Below, one piece after another: positions 46,427 through 56,386 of a DNA stretch of 64,000 bases. A model generated the notes under the pieces. The model was not told the origin of the DNA and searched no databases. It was given only the letters and a program-made list of their open reading frames with translations. The first letter of the stretch is position 1, and each line of letters begins with the position of its first letter. Location: NCBI GenBank assembly GCA_934096815.1, contig CAKOMY010000005.1, positions 46,807 through 110,806 on the forward strand, read 5' to 3'. The position numbers and the translations under genes were made by a program. The stretch is from an uncultured Bacilli bacterium. Its GTDB lineage: Bacteria; Bacillota_I; Bacilli_A; RF39; UBA660.

Positions 46427-46688
46427 TTCAAGATCACATTTTGTGATCTTGAAGAATATTTTTTTAGTATTTACACTTGAGGTCGCAATTTGCGACCTCA
46501 AATTTAGAATCGCATTCTTTTCTTGTTCAAGGTCGCGAATTGCGACCTTGAAGATTAATTACACTATTATATTAAGCTTTTGGTATAACTTTTTCATCTT
46601 GAGGTCACAATTTGTGATCTCAAGTTTGTACAATAAATATTAATTTTAGCATGTTTATTTCTTTAAGGCCGCAAATTGCGACCTTAAA
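46427..46688. repeat. Array of five related 25-27-bp palindromic hairpin units
   Basis: Units at 46427-46453 TTCAAGATCAC-ATTTT-GTGATCTTGAA, 46477-46501 TTGAGGTCGC-AATTT-GCGACCTCAA, 46526-46552 TTCAAGGTCGC-GAATT-GCGACCTTGAA, 46598-46624 CTTGAGGTCAC-AATTT-GTGATCTCAAG, and 46662-46688 TTTAAGGCCGC-AAATT-GCGACCTTAAA. Stem changes are compensatory. Confidence 0.8.
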
Positions 46689-46696
46689 CATATTTA

Positions 46697-46948
46697 TCAT
46701 TTATCGTTATCATTATCTATTTTTTCTATTTTTAAAGTATATCCTAGAGGTCCTAAAATTCTTAACACACTTTTAATATTTGGTGGATATATTCCTCTTT
46801 CAATTTTAGCAATTTTGTCCCTTAAAACATGAGATTTATCAGCCATTTCTTGCTGAGTTAATCCTAGTTTATGTCTTAAACAGACAAAATCAAAGTTAAA
46901 ATTTTGATATAATATTTCTTCTAATTCGGATTCATAATTACTTTTCAC
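46697..46948 (-). CDS. XRE-family HTH transcriptional regulator (83 aa)
   Basis: LGLTQQEMADKSHVLRDKIAKIERGIYPPNIKSVLRILGPLGYTL. Confidence 0.75.
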   Translation of the reverse strand: MKSNYESELEEILYQNFNFDFVCLRHKLGLTQQEMADKSHVLRDKIAKIERGIYPPNIKSVLRILGPLGYTLKIEKIDNDNDK

Positions 46949-47081
46949 ACAATCACCACTTTAAGAATATCATTAATGTTCTATACATGCAACATTATAT
47001 TAGAAAATATAAAGAAATCATTAGTCATTTAACTTATATAGAAAAAACTCTCCACTTTGGAAAGTTTCGTTATTAAAAATA

Positions 47082-47990
47082 TTATTTTTTTAAATTACTT
47101 TGTGTTTTAGTTTGCAATAAAAATTTTATATATTCTTTATCATTTTCATCTTTGGCATTCATTAAATCTTCAAATAACATATCTTTAGATTTTTTAAGTA
47201 CACATCCATCACTAATATAGTATTCAAACTTTAATTGAGGATATTTGATAAGTAATTCTGGCATATTAATAATAATAGAATCAAATATATTATCAAAAGA
47301 AAATGATGGTGGAATTATTAAATTCATCAATTGAAATTTAGTTTTATGATTATTATAGTCATTTAAGTTTTTTTCTAAAGATGTTTTTATTTTCTTTAAT
47401 ATTGATGGTTTAAGATTTATTCCTATATATTCTAAAAATAATAATAAATATTTATTTCCTTGAATATCAGCAATTGTCTCTTCTGAAGTAAATTCATAGC
47501 TAGGATTACAAAAAACGCCTTCAAAATATGATTCATTTTCTATTACAGCTCTATTTAATTCATTAGATAAACATACATTACTAATTATTTCTTCTTTAAT
47601 GCATCTTACTACCCATTCATTACTATATCCTACTTTTTTGTCTATAGCAATTTTAAAATGAGTTAATTCATGAAAAATTATTTGTATTAAATTTATTTTT
47701 CCAGAGTATATTTGTTTCACAATTTTTTCATTTATAGTTATTTTATTATCACTTTCACTATATAAGCCAAAAGTTGAGAATGGAAGTTTATCTATAATAA
47801 ATGAATAATTATCTCTATTAAGACCCGCATTAGCCAAATATGTTTTCATAACTAAAAGTATAAAACTACTTAAATTTTCTTTAAATTCATAATAAGATAA
47901 TTTTGAATTATCTTTTTCAATTTGTAAAATATTTAGTTTTATTTGTTTAAATTCGATTGAATTTAAAACAACCTCATTTAATAATTTCAT
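47082..47990 (-). CDS. Putative ImmA/IrrE-like zinc metallopeptidase (HExxH)
   Basis: IQIIFHELTHFKIAIDKK contains HELTH. It sits immediately upstream of an XRE regulator, as in ImmR/ImmA pairs. The rest of the protein is not recognised. Confidence 0.45.
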   Translation of the reverse strand: MKLLNEVVLNSIEFKQIKLNILQIEKDNSKLSYYEFKENLSSFILLVMKTYLANAGLNRDNYSFIIDKLPFSTFGLYSESDNKITINEKIVKQIYSGKINLIQIIFHELTHFKIAIDKKVGYSNEWVVRCIKEEIISNVCLSNELNRAVIENESYFEGVFCNPSYEFTSEETIADIQGNKYLLLFLEYIGINLKPSILKKIKTSLEKNLNDYNNHKTKFQLMNLIIPPSFSFDNIFDSIIINMPELLIKYPQLKFEYYISDGCVLKKSKDMLFEDLMNAKDENDKEYIKFLLQTKTQSNLKK

Positions 47991-48080
47991 AATTTATCTC
48001 CGTTATTACTTTTTATTATAACATATTATTAACAAATACATAAATCTTTTATAAGTTAAAAACTCTCCCTAAGGAAAGTT

Positions 48081-50672
48081 TTATATATTTTCATTTCTAA
48101 TAGTTTCAATCGTGTTTTGTTTATTAATTCTACTAATAGAATACTTCATTAATATACTTATTAATAATAATACAAATATACTAGAAATTATAATTCCATT
48201 AAATGGTACTTCAAATTTTAAGTCTTCATTTTGACTTAATAATAAATATATAACATAAGATATTGCTAAACCAATAGGAATACCAAAGATAAGTGATTTA
48301 ATACAAACAAAGATACTTTCTAATCTTATCATTCTATTAAATTCTTTAGTTGTCATACCAACAGATTTTAACATAGCAAACTCTGGTTTTCTTAATTCCA
48401 TACTAGTTGTTATAGTATTAAATATATTAGTAACACTTATTAAAGTAATAACTGTAATAAAACCATATAAGAATATACCAATTAATAAAATTAAATTTCG
48501 CATTATTCTAACATTTTCTTCTTTATTATCAATATGATATCTCTCATCTTTTAAAATATTATCAATATCATCTTGTAACTTACTAGCATTAGAACTATCA
48601 AAATAAACATTATAATAATTATTTGTTCCTTTAATTTTATCATAATATTCATCATTTACTACTAGATATTCTTCATTATTATAGTTATTTTTTATTCCAA
48701 AAGGAAATTTAGTAGTAATAAATCCAATAGTTAAATCTATATTATATTCTCCTACATATTCTCCTACATTAGTATATAAAGTAGTATTTATAATATCGTT
48801 TTTATTATAATTAAATATGCTTGTTTTTTTATACTTATTATTTTTATCCATTATATTAATATAATCTATTAAAATAGCTTTATCTTTAAATTCATTATAA
48901 TTTAAATTTAGGGAATTAATATATTTTTTATATTGATAATCACCTAATGAGATTATTTGAATATTATAACTATCATCAAATTCTTCTTTGTATGAAGGAT
49001 TATTTATTTCACAATTAGTAGTTCTTATAACACTATAATCGTTAATATTATCTAATTTAACTGTTTGATTTATTTTATTAATAATATTTTTATCTTCTTT
49101 ACTAGTAATATTATAATTAATGTTATATTCAGAAGCACTAACTTCTTTTTTTATTTCATTCATAAAAGTATTCATAAAGTAAGTTAGGGAAATAAATACC
49201 AAAACTGAAATGGTTAAAGATACAATAGTTGTACGATAACTCTTTTTATTTCTTTTAATATTTTTATAAGATATTTCTCCACCTACTGCAAATATTTTAT
49301 TAATTAATTTAGGCACTTTTAATTTTTTACTATTTAATTTTAGATTAGCGCTATTTCTAATTGAATCAATGGGACTTATTTTAGATGCTTTTCTTGCACT
49401 TTTAAGAGCAGATAAATAAATTGTTATAATACCTAATAGAATTGCAACTATATATGATATTACAGAATATGATAGAACCATATTAAGTCCACCAGTTAAT
49501 GAATCTTTAAGTAAAATGTTACAAATAATTATTAAAATATATGATGCAATAAATCCAAGTAATAAACCTAAAGGAATACCAATTAATCCCAAGATAGTTG
49601 CTTCATAAAAGACATTATTTTTAATTTGTTTTTTAGTTGCACCAATACTTCTAAGCATCCCATACTGTTTAATTTTTTCAGTTATTGAAATATCAAAACT
49701 ATTTTTAATACAAAATACAGAAGTAAACACTATAATAATGCAAACAACTATTACAACATAACCTAAATTACCAATTCCACTATTATTAATTGGATCAATT
49801 TCCAAAGCAATCAAATAGCCATTAAAATCGGTTGCATATCTTGCTTTTTCTAGTTCTTCACGAACATTAATTAACTCTTCTTCATTATCAAAACTACCAT
49901 AATAATATTTGTTAAGAACATCTGCATTAACTCCAATAATATCAGCAGTAACTTTTATATGATTTTTACTACCAACTTTATTATATTTAGCATAAACATT
50001 CACATTTCCAGTAAAATTATTATCATCAATATAGCTTATAAATGTATAACCAGGTGCAATGTATGGTTCAATATTAGTTGCTGATCTTTCATAAACTCCA
50101 ACTATTTTATATGTCTTTTGCTTAGTATTAATAATCTTTTCATTATCGGCATCATAACCATCATATTGATTTAATTTATAAGTGCCAGATACCCTCTCGC
50201 CAACTTCTAGAGTAATTTCTTTGTTATTTTCAATATCCATTCTTCCGTTTGTTTTTAAATGAGTAGGTATTATAATTTCGTCTTCGTTTTGCGGTAAACG
50301 TCCACTTGTTAATCTAATTGATAAATTTTCTAAAGCACCTTTATCAAAGCCCATAACATAGGCATATGGTTTACCACTGTTTTTAGAATCTTTTAATGGA
50401 GCATATCCTATTTCTTTAGTTAAATAAACGTCTTCAACACCATTATTATTCTTTATGTTTTTAACTTCATCACTTGGAACATCCATAAATTCAACATGGA
50501 AATCACCTTTAACATATTTTTCATAAACTATTAAAGATTTTAATCCACTAGCATACATAGTTGCAACTGCTGTTATTAATGCAACGGATAACATAATTCC
50601 AATAATAGTAACGATAGTTCTTTTTTTATTTAATTTTAAATTTTTAATAGTTAATTTTTTTAGTAAGTTCAT
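48081..50672 (-). CDS. ABC transporter permease with two FtsX-type domains (MacB/BceB-like, 863 aa)
   Basis: Ten predicted TM helices in two 4-TM FtsX modules (GMLRSIGATKKQI and AMLKSVGMTTKEF) with large extracytoplasmic domains. Confidence 0.85.
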   Translation of the reverse strand: MNLLKKLTIKNLKLNKKRTIVTIIGIMLSVALITAVATMYASGLKSLIVYEKYVKGDFHVEFMDVPSDEVKNIKNNNGVEDVYLTKEIGYAPLKDSKNSGKPYAYVMGFDKGALENLSIRLTSGRLPQNEDEIIIPTHLKTNGRMDIENNKEITLEVGERVSGTYKLNQYDGYDADNEKIINTKQKTYKIVGVYERSATNIEPYIAPGYTFISYIDDNNFTGNVNVYAKYNKVGSKNHIKVTADIIGVNADVLNKYYYGSFDNEEELINVREELEKARYATDFNGYLIALEIDPINNSGIGNLGYVVIVVCIIIVFTSVFCIKNSFDISITEKIKQYGMLRSIGATKKQIKNNVFYEATILGLIGIPLGLLLGFIASYILIIICNILLKDSLTGGLNMVLSYSVISYIVAILLGIITIYLSALKSARKASKISPIDSIRNSANLKLNSKKLKVPKLINKIFAVGGEISYKNIKRNKKSYRTTIVSLTISVLVFISLTYFMNTFMNEIKKEVSASEYNINYNITSKEDKNIINKINQTVKLDNINDYSVIRTTNCEINNPSYKEEFDDSYNIQIISLGDYQYKKYINSLNLNYNEFKDKAILIDYINIMDKNNKYKKTSIFNYNKNDIINTTLYTNVGEYVGEYNIDLTIGFITTKFPFGIKNNYNNEEYLVVNDEYYDKIKGTNNYYNVYFDSSNASKLQDDIDNILKDERYHIDNKEENVRIMRNLILLIGIFLYGFITVITLISVTNIFNTITTSMELRKPEFAMLKSVGMTTKEFNRMIRLESIFVCIKSLIFGIPIGLAISYVIYLLLSQNEDLKFEVPFNGIIISSIFVLLLISILMKYSISRINKQNTIETIRNENI

Positions 50673-50674
50673 AG

Positions 50675-51343
50675 TTATTCACCTACTATTTTTCCATCTT
50701 CAATTTTAATAATTCGATCTGCAACAGCAGCTATTTCCATATTATGAGTAATCATTATAATTGTTTGTTTTAATTCTTTATTTGTTTTTTTAAGAAGTGC
50801 TACTATTTCATCACTTGATTTTGAATCTAAATTTCCGGTTGGCTCATCTGCTAGTATGATACTTGGATTTGTAATTAATGCCCTACCTATACTTGTTCTT
50901 TGTTGTTGTCCACCTGATAACTCATTTGGCAAATGATTTTTTCTAGCTTCTAAACCTAAAAGTTTAATCATATCATTTAATTTAGTTTTATCAGGTGTTC
51001 TTCCATCTAACGCAAGTGGTAATGTAATATTTTCTTCCACGTTAAGAATAGGAATTAAATTATAAAACTGATATATTAATCCAACTTGTCTTCTTCTAAA
51101 GATAGCAAGCTTATCATCATCAAATTTATAAATATCTTGTCCATTAACATAAACTTTACCACTTGTTGGTCTATCTACTCCACCAATTAAATGTAATAAT
51201 GTTGACTTACCACTACCTGATGCTCCTACAATAGCAACAAACTCTCCTTTTTCAACACTAAAGGATACATGATCAAGTGCAACAACTTTAGTGCTATCTT
51301 TACCATATACTTTAGTTAAATTTTCAACTTTTAATATTTCCAT
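50675..51343 (-). CDS. ABC transporter ATP-binding protein (MacB/LolD-like)
   Basis: Walker A GASGSGKST, signature LSGGQQQR, Walker B ILADEPTGNLD. Confidence 0.9.
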   Translation of the reverse strand: MEILKVENLTKVYGKDSTKVVALDHVSFSVEKGEFVAIVGASGSGKSTLLHLIGGVDRPTSGKVYVNGQDIYKFDDDKLAIFRRRQVGLIYQFYNLIPILNVEENITLPLALDGRTPDKTKLNDMIKLLGLEARKNHLPNELSGGQQQRTSIGRALITNPSIILADEPTGNLDSKSSDEIVALLKKTNKELKQTIIMITHNMEIAAVADRIIKIEDGKIVGE

Positions 51344-51502
51344 ATAATCTTCCTTTCAACAATTAAGTTATATCACACTAAAAGTTACAATTAAGTTACA
51401 TTTTGTTATTTTGATATTGTTTTAATTGTTGCTTTAATTCATACCATGTAAATAAATTTAAATTTACTATAATTCTATTTTAAATAACAAATGTAATGAG
51501 AT

Positions 51503-51952
51503 TTATAAATCAAATTCTACACTAAAATATTTATATTCTCCATCATATATTTTTTTAATAATTCGGTATTTTCCACTTGTTAAATTACCATATGCTTTAG
51601 ACCAATCAATATTCATTTCTAACTCATTATTGTCATCTACTAAATATCCCATTTCATTAAATAAAACATCACCCCTTGGTTTTAATTCATACCAAATATG
51701 ATCAATTCTTTTTTCTAATTTGTAATATTCTTCATATGTATATTTAGTTTTATTTTTATCTGTAATAATAATTGTTGCACCACTTTTAGTTAAAGTATTA
51801 TCTTTTAATTTCATAGTAACACCTTCAAGCGTATATTCTTCATTATCTTTATTTAAAGTAACACTGGCATTATTTAAAGAATCTAAATAATAAATTAATC
51901 CTCCAAATATTAATACAATTAAAATTATTTTAATTAAAAGTTCTTTTTTCAT
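51503..51952 (-). CDS. Membrane-anchored small secreted-domain protein (149 aa)
   Basis: N-terminal TM helix, then a beta-rich domain. No family confidently recognised. Confidence 0.45.
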   Translation of the reverse strand: MKKELLIKIILIVLIFGGLIYYLDSLNNASVTLNKDNEEYTLEGVTMKLKDNTLTKSGATIIITDKNKTKYTYEEYYKLEKRIDHIWYELKPRGDVLFNEMGYLVDDNNELEMNIDWSKAYGNLTSGKYRIIKKIYDGEYKYFSVEFDL

Positions 51953-52053
51953 ATAAGTATCTCCTTCTATTTATAGTTTAGCATATAAACAAAATATTGT
52001 CTTTAATATTTGCATATGCTATAATAACTGGAATTGTTGAAAGGAAGATTTAA

Positions 52054-52941
52054 ATGAATATACTAGATAAAATGAGCGAATATAAAAGAAGATTATATTT
52101 AAGATATATTACCGGTAATATCGGTTTTGTGAGAGAAACTAATGATGCAATTATATGTTATGTAAAAGAAGATAAAATAGATAATGGAATATTAATGGAT
52201 TTATCTAAACGTTCTAAAGAAGTAAATTTAGATAAAAAAATTTGTTATGTATTTGATAATATAGTTACATATAAAAGACTAAATATTTTATCACAAGATA
52301 ACTCTGAAATTATAATTAAAGATTGTGATTTTAAAAATGGATTACAAATAGGTTGTGCTGGCAAATGTATAATTGATAATTCATTCTTTAAATTATATGG
52401 AATTGGATATAACAGATATAATATTATCGCTAATGAATTGGAACTTAAAAATTTAAAAGAAAATATGATAGATTTTAATGGTGATTATGAATTGGGGATA
52501 TGTGTAAAAGAAAAGTTAACACTTAAAAATAGTATTTTATCAACGAATAGTTTAGTGAAATCAATTTTATTAATTTCAGATAATATTTTAAATATTGATA
52601 ATTCAAGTATTAATAGTCATTCAATTATTATTAATGCTCCTAAAATTTGTACTAAAGGAAAGGCTGAAATTAATTCAGATAGTATTAAAATGTATACTGA
52701 AGATTTTGATAGTATAAATATTATTACTTCTTATCTTGAAATTAATGGTGAATTTATTGATACTAGTGATAAAAAAGTTACACTTAGAAAAATAGTTAAT
52801 GATGTTGAGAAAAAAAGATTAGAGTTAATCGATTGTTTAAAGAAAGTAAAAACTAAAGTTGATGAAGAAAATCAAAATAGATTAAATGATTATCAAAAAG
52901 AACTAGAAAATAAACCGGTTAAAACTTTATTAAAAAAATAA
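52054..52941 (+). CDS. Hypothetical protein (295 aa)
   Basis: ORF with a GAAAGGAAG SD. Coiled-coil C-terminus. No motif recognised. Confidence 0.5.
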   Translation: MNILDKMSEYKRRLYLRYITGNIGFVRETNDAIICYVKEDKIDNGILMDLSKRSKEVNLDKKICYVFDNIVTYKRLNILSQDNSEIIIKDCDFKNGLQIGCAGKCIIDNSFFKLYGIGYNRYNIIANELELKNLKENMIDFNGDYELGICVKEKLTLKNSILSTNSLVKSILLISDNILNIDNSSINSHSIIINAPKICTKGKAEINSDSIKMYTEDFDSINIITSYLEINGEFIDTSDKKVTLRKIVNDVEKKRLELIDCLKKVKTKVDEENQNRLNDYQKELENKPVKTLLKK

Positions 52942-52985
52942 AAGAAGGATTTCTATAAAAAATTAAATTCCTTCTTTTTATTTTA
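52931..52985. terminator. Bidirectional terminator between convergent genes
   Basis: AAAAGAAGGA (52941-52950) pairs with TCCTTCTTTT (52970-52979). An A-run lies before the stem and a T-run after it. Confidence 0.5.
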
Positions 52986-53193
52986 TACAATAAAATTTAG
53001 TACCTTTTGGTTTTATTTGTAATATAGGGTATTCTGTGCAATCATATGAATCATAAAAGATTCCATAATATACATTATCTTTCTTTATAGCTATAATTGG
53101 TCTATTAACTCTAAAAATACAAGCTAAATCTATAACAACTATTAAAACTATAGAACATATAATAATTAAAAATATTTTTAAATATTTATTCAT
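52978..53193 (-). CDS. Small membrane protein (71 aa)
   Basis: One TM helix (IFLIIICSIVLIVVIDLACIF). Confidence 0.35.
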   Translation of the reverse strand: MNKYLKIFLIIICSIVLIVVIDLACIFRVNRPIIAIKKDNVYYGIFYDSYDCTEYPILQIKPKGTKFYCIK

Positions 53194-53202
53194 AACTTCT
53201 TT

Positions 53203-53721
53203 TTAATCTTTTTTATTTTCTTCACTTTCCTCTAATAATTTTAATATTTTATTTTGATTAGTAGTTAATCTACTTATTTCTCTATGTAATTCTTCTAAAA
53301 TAAGTTCACTTTTTAAATCCGTTTTATAATCATTAGAACTTCTTAATCGATCTTTTTTAGCTTCTCTATTTTGACTCATCATAATTATTGGGGCTTGTAA
53401 TGCGGCAATACATGATAATAATAAATTAAGTAGTATGAATGGATATGGATCAGCATTTTCTAATACATAAATATTTAACATTATCCATAATATTAAAAAA
53501 ACAACCATACCAATTATAAAATTCCAACTACCAGCAACTTCTGTTATTTTATCGGCTACCTTATCTCCAAAAGTACGATTTATATCGCTTTGTTTATCAG
53601 TATCTACTGCAATTGGTTCATCAATTAACATATTAATTAATTCTTCTTCATCATTACTTTCAAGATTCGTTTTTAATAACATTTCTACTATTTCTTTTTT
53701 AGTTCTACTTCTTTCAGCCAT
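53203..53721 (-). CDS. DUF1003-family membrane protein
   Basis: GSWNFIIGMVVFLILWIMLNIYV...DPYPFILLNLLLSCIAALQAPIIMMSQNR is the DUF1003 signature. Confidence 0.7.
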   Translation of the reverse strand: MAERSRTKKEIVEMLLKTNLESNDEEELINMLIDEPIAVDTDKQSDINRTFGDKVADKITEVAGSWNFIIGMVVFLILWIMLNIYVLENADPYPFILLNLLLSCIAALQAPIIMMSQNREAKKDRLRSSNDYKTDLKSELILEELHREISRLTTNQNKILKLLEESEENKKD

Positions 53722-54097
53722 TTTATACCACCTATTAAAATAATAACATTTATAAAATATAATGTAAATTATTTTGTGACTGTATTAAAACGGTTTTAAA
53801 AGATAATGTTAAATCATATGGTTGTTATATTTTCTATTTAAGTTTGAAATTCCTATTATAAAAACTAACTATTTCAGATTACTTTTCTTTCTAAGATTAC
53901 CATACTTAACATACAATTAAAACACTTCCACATTTAATAACTGATTAAAAAAACATAAAGCTTTTATGATAATATACATCATTTTATAAATTTACAACTA
54001 ATTAATCTAATTTAGTCCATACAATTTTACTATAAAAAGGATAAGCATTCATTTACTTTACAAATAAACTATGATATCTTTTTTATAGTATAAGGTT

Positions 54098-55726
54098 GTG
54101 ATTAATATGATCAAAATAAATGATTTAGTTACTGAATTAAATAAATATGATATTCCTAATGAGGATGAAATTATTTCTTGGTTTGTAAACGGAGATAAAA
54201 ATGCAACTTTGGAAAACTGGCAATTTTATCAAAAATGTATATTAGGGATGTTACATCTTGATGAGCATTTTGATAATATTTGTTGTTCTTATAAAGAGTT
54301 TAATAGGTTAGAAACATTATTAACATCAAAAAAATCTAAAATTTATGATCAAAATGAAATAAAAGAATTAATAGATACATTTATCTCAAGTGATAGCATA
54401 TCAAAAAGTTATCTACTAGAAAATAATGAACTAATAAATTATATTAAATTATATGCAAGTTCTAATTATTCACATTATAATGGGATCGAAATTGATGAAA
54501 CTAAAGTAAGAAAAATAAAAACAGACATTGATTATTGTAATAATGTAATTGAAATGTTGTCTTCTGCTAGCGAAAATTTAAAACATGGAAAAAAAGTTGA
54601 TGTTAATTTATTTAAAAGACAAAAAGAAATTATATTTAATGTTTTTATGACTAAAAATAAAAAAATTAAATTAATTGATGATAAAATAAAAGAATTAAAT
54701 AAACAAATATCAAGACTGACAGAAATAATGACTTTAGAAGAACTAAATGTTAAAAGAAAATATATTAATGAAGTTATAGATTTTTTGAATACAGAATGTG
54801 TTAAAAATAATAATTTATTATACGAAAGATTAATAAATGATTTGATTAGTTTAAGAGATAATCACTTACAAGATATTACAATTAATCATTTAATAACGTT
54901 TGAAAATTATCTTAGATCTTTTATAAATTTAAATATGGAAAAAAATAGTAATTATTTAAACAATATGAAAAAGGATATTATATCATGTGCAAAAATATAT
55001 AAATATTTTTGGGATATTAAATGGTCAAAGGATAAAAACTTTATGGAGTTATGCAAAACTATAAGAAATGCTATGGCAAAAGCTGATGTTTCTAGTGATA
55101 ATAAAATCGACAGTAATCTTCGTGAAAGTAAACTTTCCTCTGATAATGAAGGATTTATTCAAGGAGCATCGCTTAGCAAAGAACAAATTTCTAAAGGTAT
55201 GGAATATCTATCTCAAAAATACGATGATATTATGAAAATTAATGATATTAAAGAATATGTAAGTGAATGTGCTAAATTTATGCATGATTTTATCATGATA
55301 CATCCATTTACAGATGGAAATGGAAGAACTAGTAGAATGATACTTCAAGTAATGCTTGCAAAAAGAAATATTTTAATTCCATCTTTGTTTGATAGTTCTT
55401 ACCATAGAATCCAATCAATGTATCAAAAACTAGCAATTAAAAATGGTTTGATTTTTGACTATTTAGATAACTTCTCTACTGCAGATAATTTAACAACCTA
55501 TAATAACGATTATACCTATATTATTAATTATGTTATAAACCGCGTACAACAATTTAACTATAATTTATTACCAGAGACAACTGAAAAAATTAGTGCTAGT
55601 GATACTAGTATTATTGATTCAAAAAAATCAAAAGATATGGTTTGTAATATTGTCCAAGAAATTGAAAACTATAAAAAAGAAGAAAAAATTTCGAATGAAT
55701 CAAGCAGTTACAAAAACATTCGCTAA
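54098..55726 (+). CDS. Fic/DOC-family protein (542 aa) with long N-terminal extension
   Basis: HPFTDGNGRTSRM matches the Fic core HxFx(D/E)GNGRxxR. The true start may be ATG 54107. Confidence 0.8.
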   Translation: MINMIKINDLVTELNKYDIPNEDEIISWFVNGDKNATLENWQFYQKCILGMLHLDEHFDNICCSYKEFNRLETLLTSKKSKIYDQNEIKELIDTFISSDSISKSYLLENNELINYIKLYASSNYSHYNGIEIDETKVRKIKTDIDYCNNVIEMLSSASENLKHGKKVDVNLFKRQKEIIFNVFMTKNKKIKLIDDKIKELNKQISRLTEIMTLEELNVKRKYINEVIDFLNTECVKNNNLLYERLINDLISLRDNHLQDITINHLITFENYLRSFINLNMEKNSNYLNNMKKDIISCAKIYKYFWDIKWSKDKNFMELCKTIRNAMAKADVSSDNKIDSNLRESKLSSDNEGFIQGASLSKEQISKGMEYLSQKYDDIMKINDIKEYVSECAKFMHDFIMIHPFTDGNGRTSRMILQVMLAKRNILIPSLFDSSYHRIQSMYQKLAIKNGLIFDYLDNFSTADNLTTYNNDYTYIINYVINRVQQFNYNLLPETTEKISASDTSIIDSKKSKDMVCNIVQEIENYKKEEKISNESSSYKNIR

Positions 55727-55776
55727 CACGATTAGAATCATTTATTATATGTTGAACGAAAATCTTTTATATTAGA

Positions 55777-56036
55777 AACGCATTAAAATAATAAGAAGCC
55801 ATTGGTCTGTAGAAAATAAAATCCATTGGCATTTAGATTATACTTTTAATCAAGATAGAAATAAAACAACAAATAAGAATGCATTATTAAATCTAGAAAT
55901 AATACATAAATTTGTTTTAGCCGAATTAGAAAAAAACAAAATATAATCGTAGCTTACTTAGAATTAGAAAACATCTAGGAAGAAATATTAAAGAATATTT
56001 TACCAAATTAGCATGCTTTCTAATTGTTTCACGATA
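55777..56036 (+). pseudogene. ISAs1-family transposase C-terminal remnant (frameshifted)
   Basis: KRIKIIRSHWSVENKIHWHLDYTFNQDRNKTTNKNALLNLEIIHKFVLAEL matches the conserved ISAs1 HW.IEN.LHW.LD..F.ED block. The tail continues in another frame. No N-terminal part is present. Confidence 0.6.
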
Positions 56037-56146
56037 ACGTTTTTTTACGAAAAAATTCTCTTAAACTAGCATAAATAATTAGTTTAAGAGAATCAATTCA
56101 AAATTTTATAATTTTATCCTGTTTAAAAATTTATTATATAAAACTA

Positions 56147-56386
56147 TTAACTTCTAGCTAATTTAATAGTTACATTACAATATACTATATCTTCAAAATT
56201 ACTTATTTTATAATTTATTAAATAAGTAAATAGTTTATATTCTTTATCACAATAATCACTTACAGGATCTTTATATCTACTATTTTTATTATTTTTTAAA
56301 TTGGCTACTAAAAATAACATTTCACATTTAATATTAAAACTGATTTTATATACATTTAGTATTTTTTTATTATATTTTTCTTTCAT
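56147..56386 (-). CDS. Hypothetical small ORF (79 aa), doubtful
   Basis: ORF only. It lies between the IS remnant and an orphan hairpin. Confidence 0.25.
   Translation of the reverse strand: MKEKYNKKILNVYKISFNIKCEMLFLVANLKNNKNSRYKDPVSDYCDKEYKLFTYLINYKISNFEDIVYCNVTIKLARS

Noticed and set aside
46443-46643. 66-aa plus-strand ORF in the XRE/ORF6N intergenic region
   Set aside because: It is read straight through the palindromic repeat units, so its apparent length is a by-product of the repeats. There is no SD.
46427-46688. Could the five-repeat array be a small CRISPR array?
   Set aside because: The repeats differ from each other and are individually full palindromes. The spacing is irregular (49-72 bp between starts) and the intervening segments are as short as about 23 nt. 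No cas genes or leader are nearby. The pattern fits structured hairpin repeats better.
54400-54570. Matches to the Fic inhibitory motif (S/T)xxxE(G/N) in the N-terminal region (SYLLEN, SSASEN)
   Set aside because: It is a six-residue degenerate motif about 250-300 residues from the Fic core, so chance matches are expected in an Asn/Ser/Glu-rich sequence. It cannot be called without a structure.
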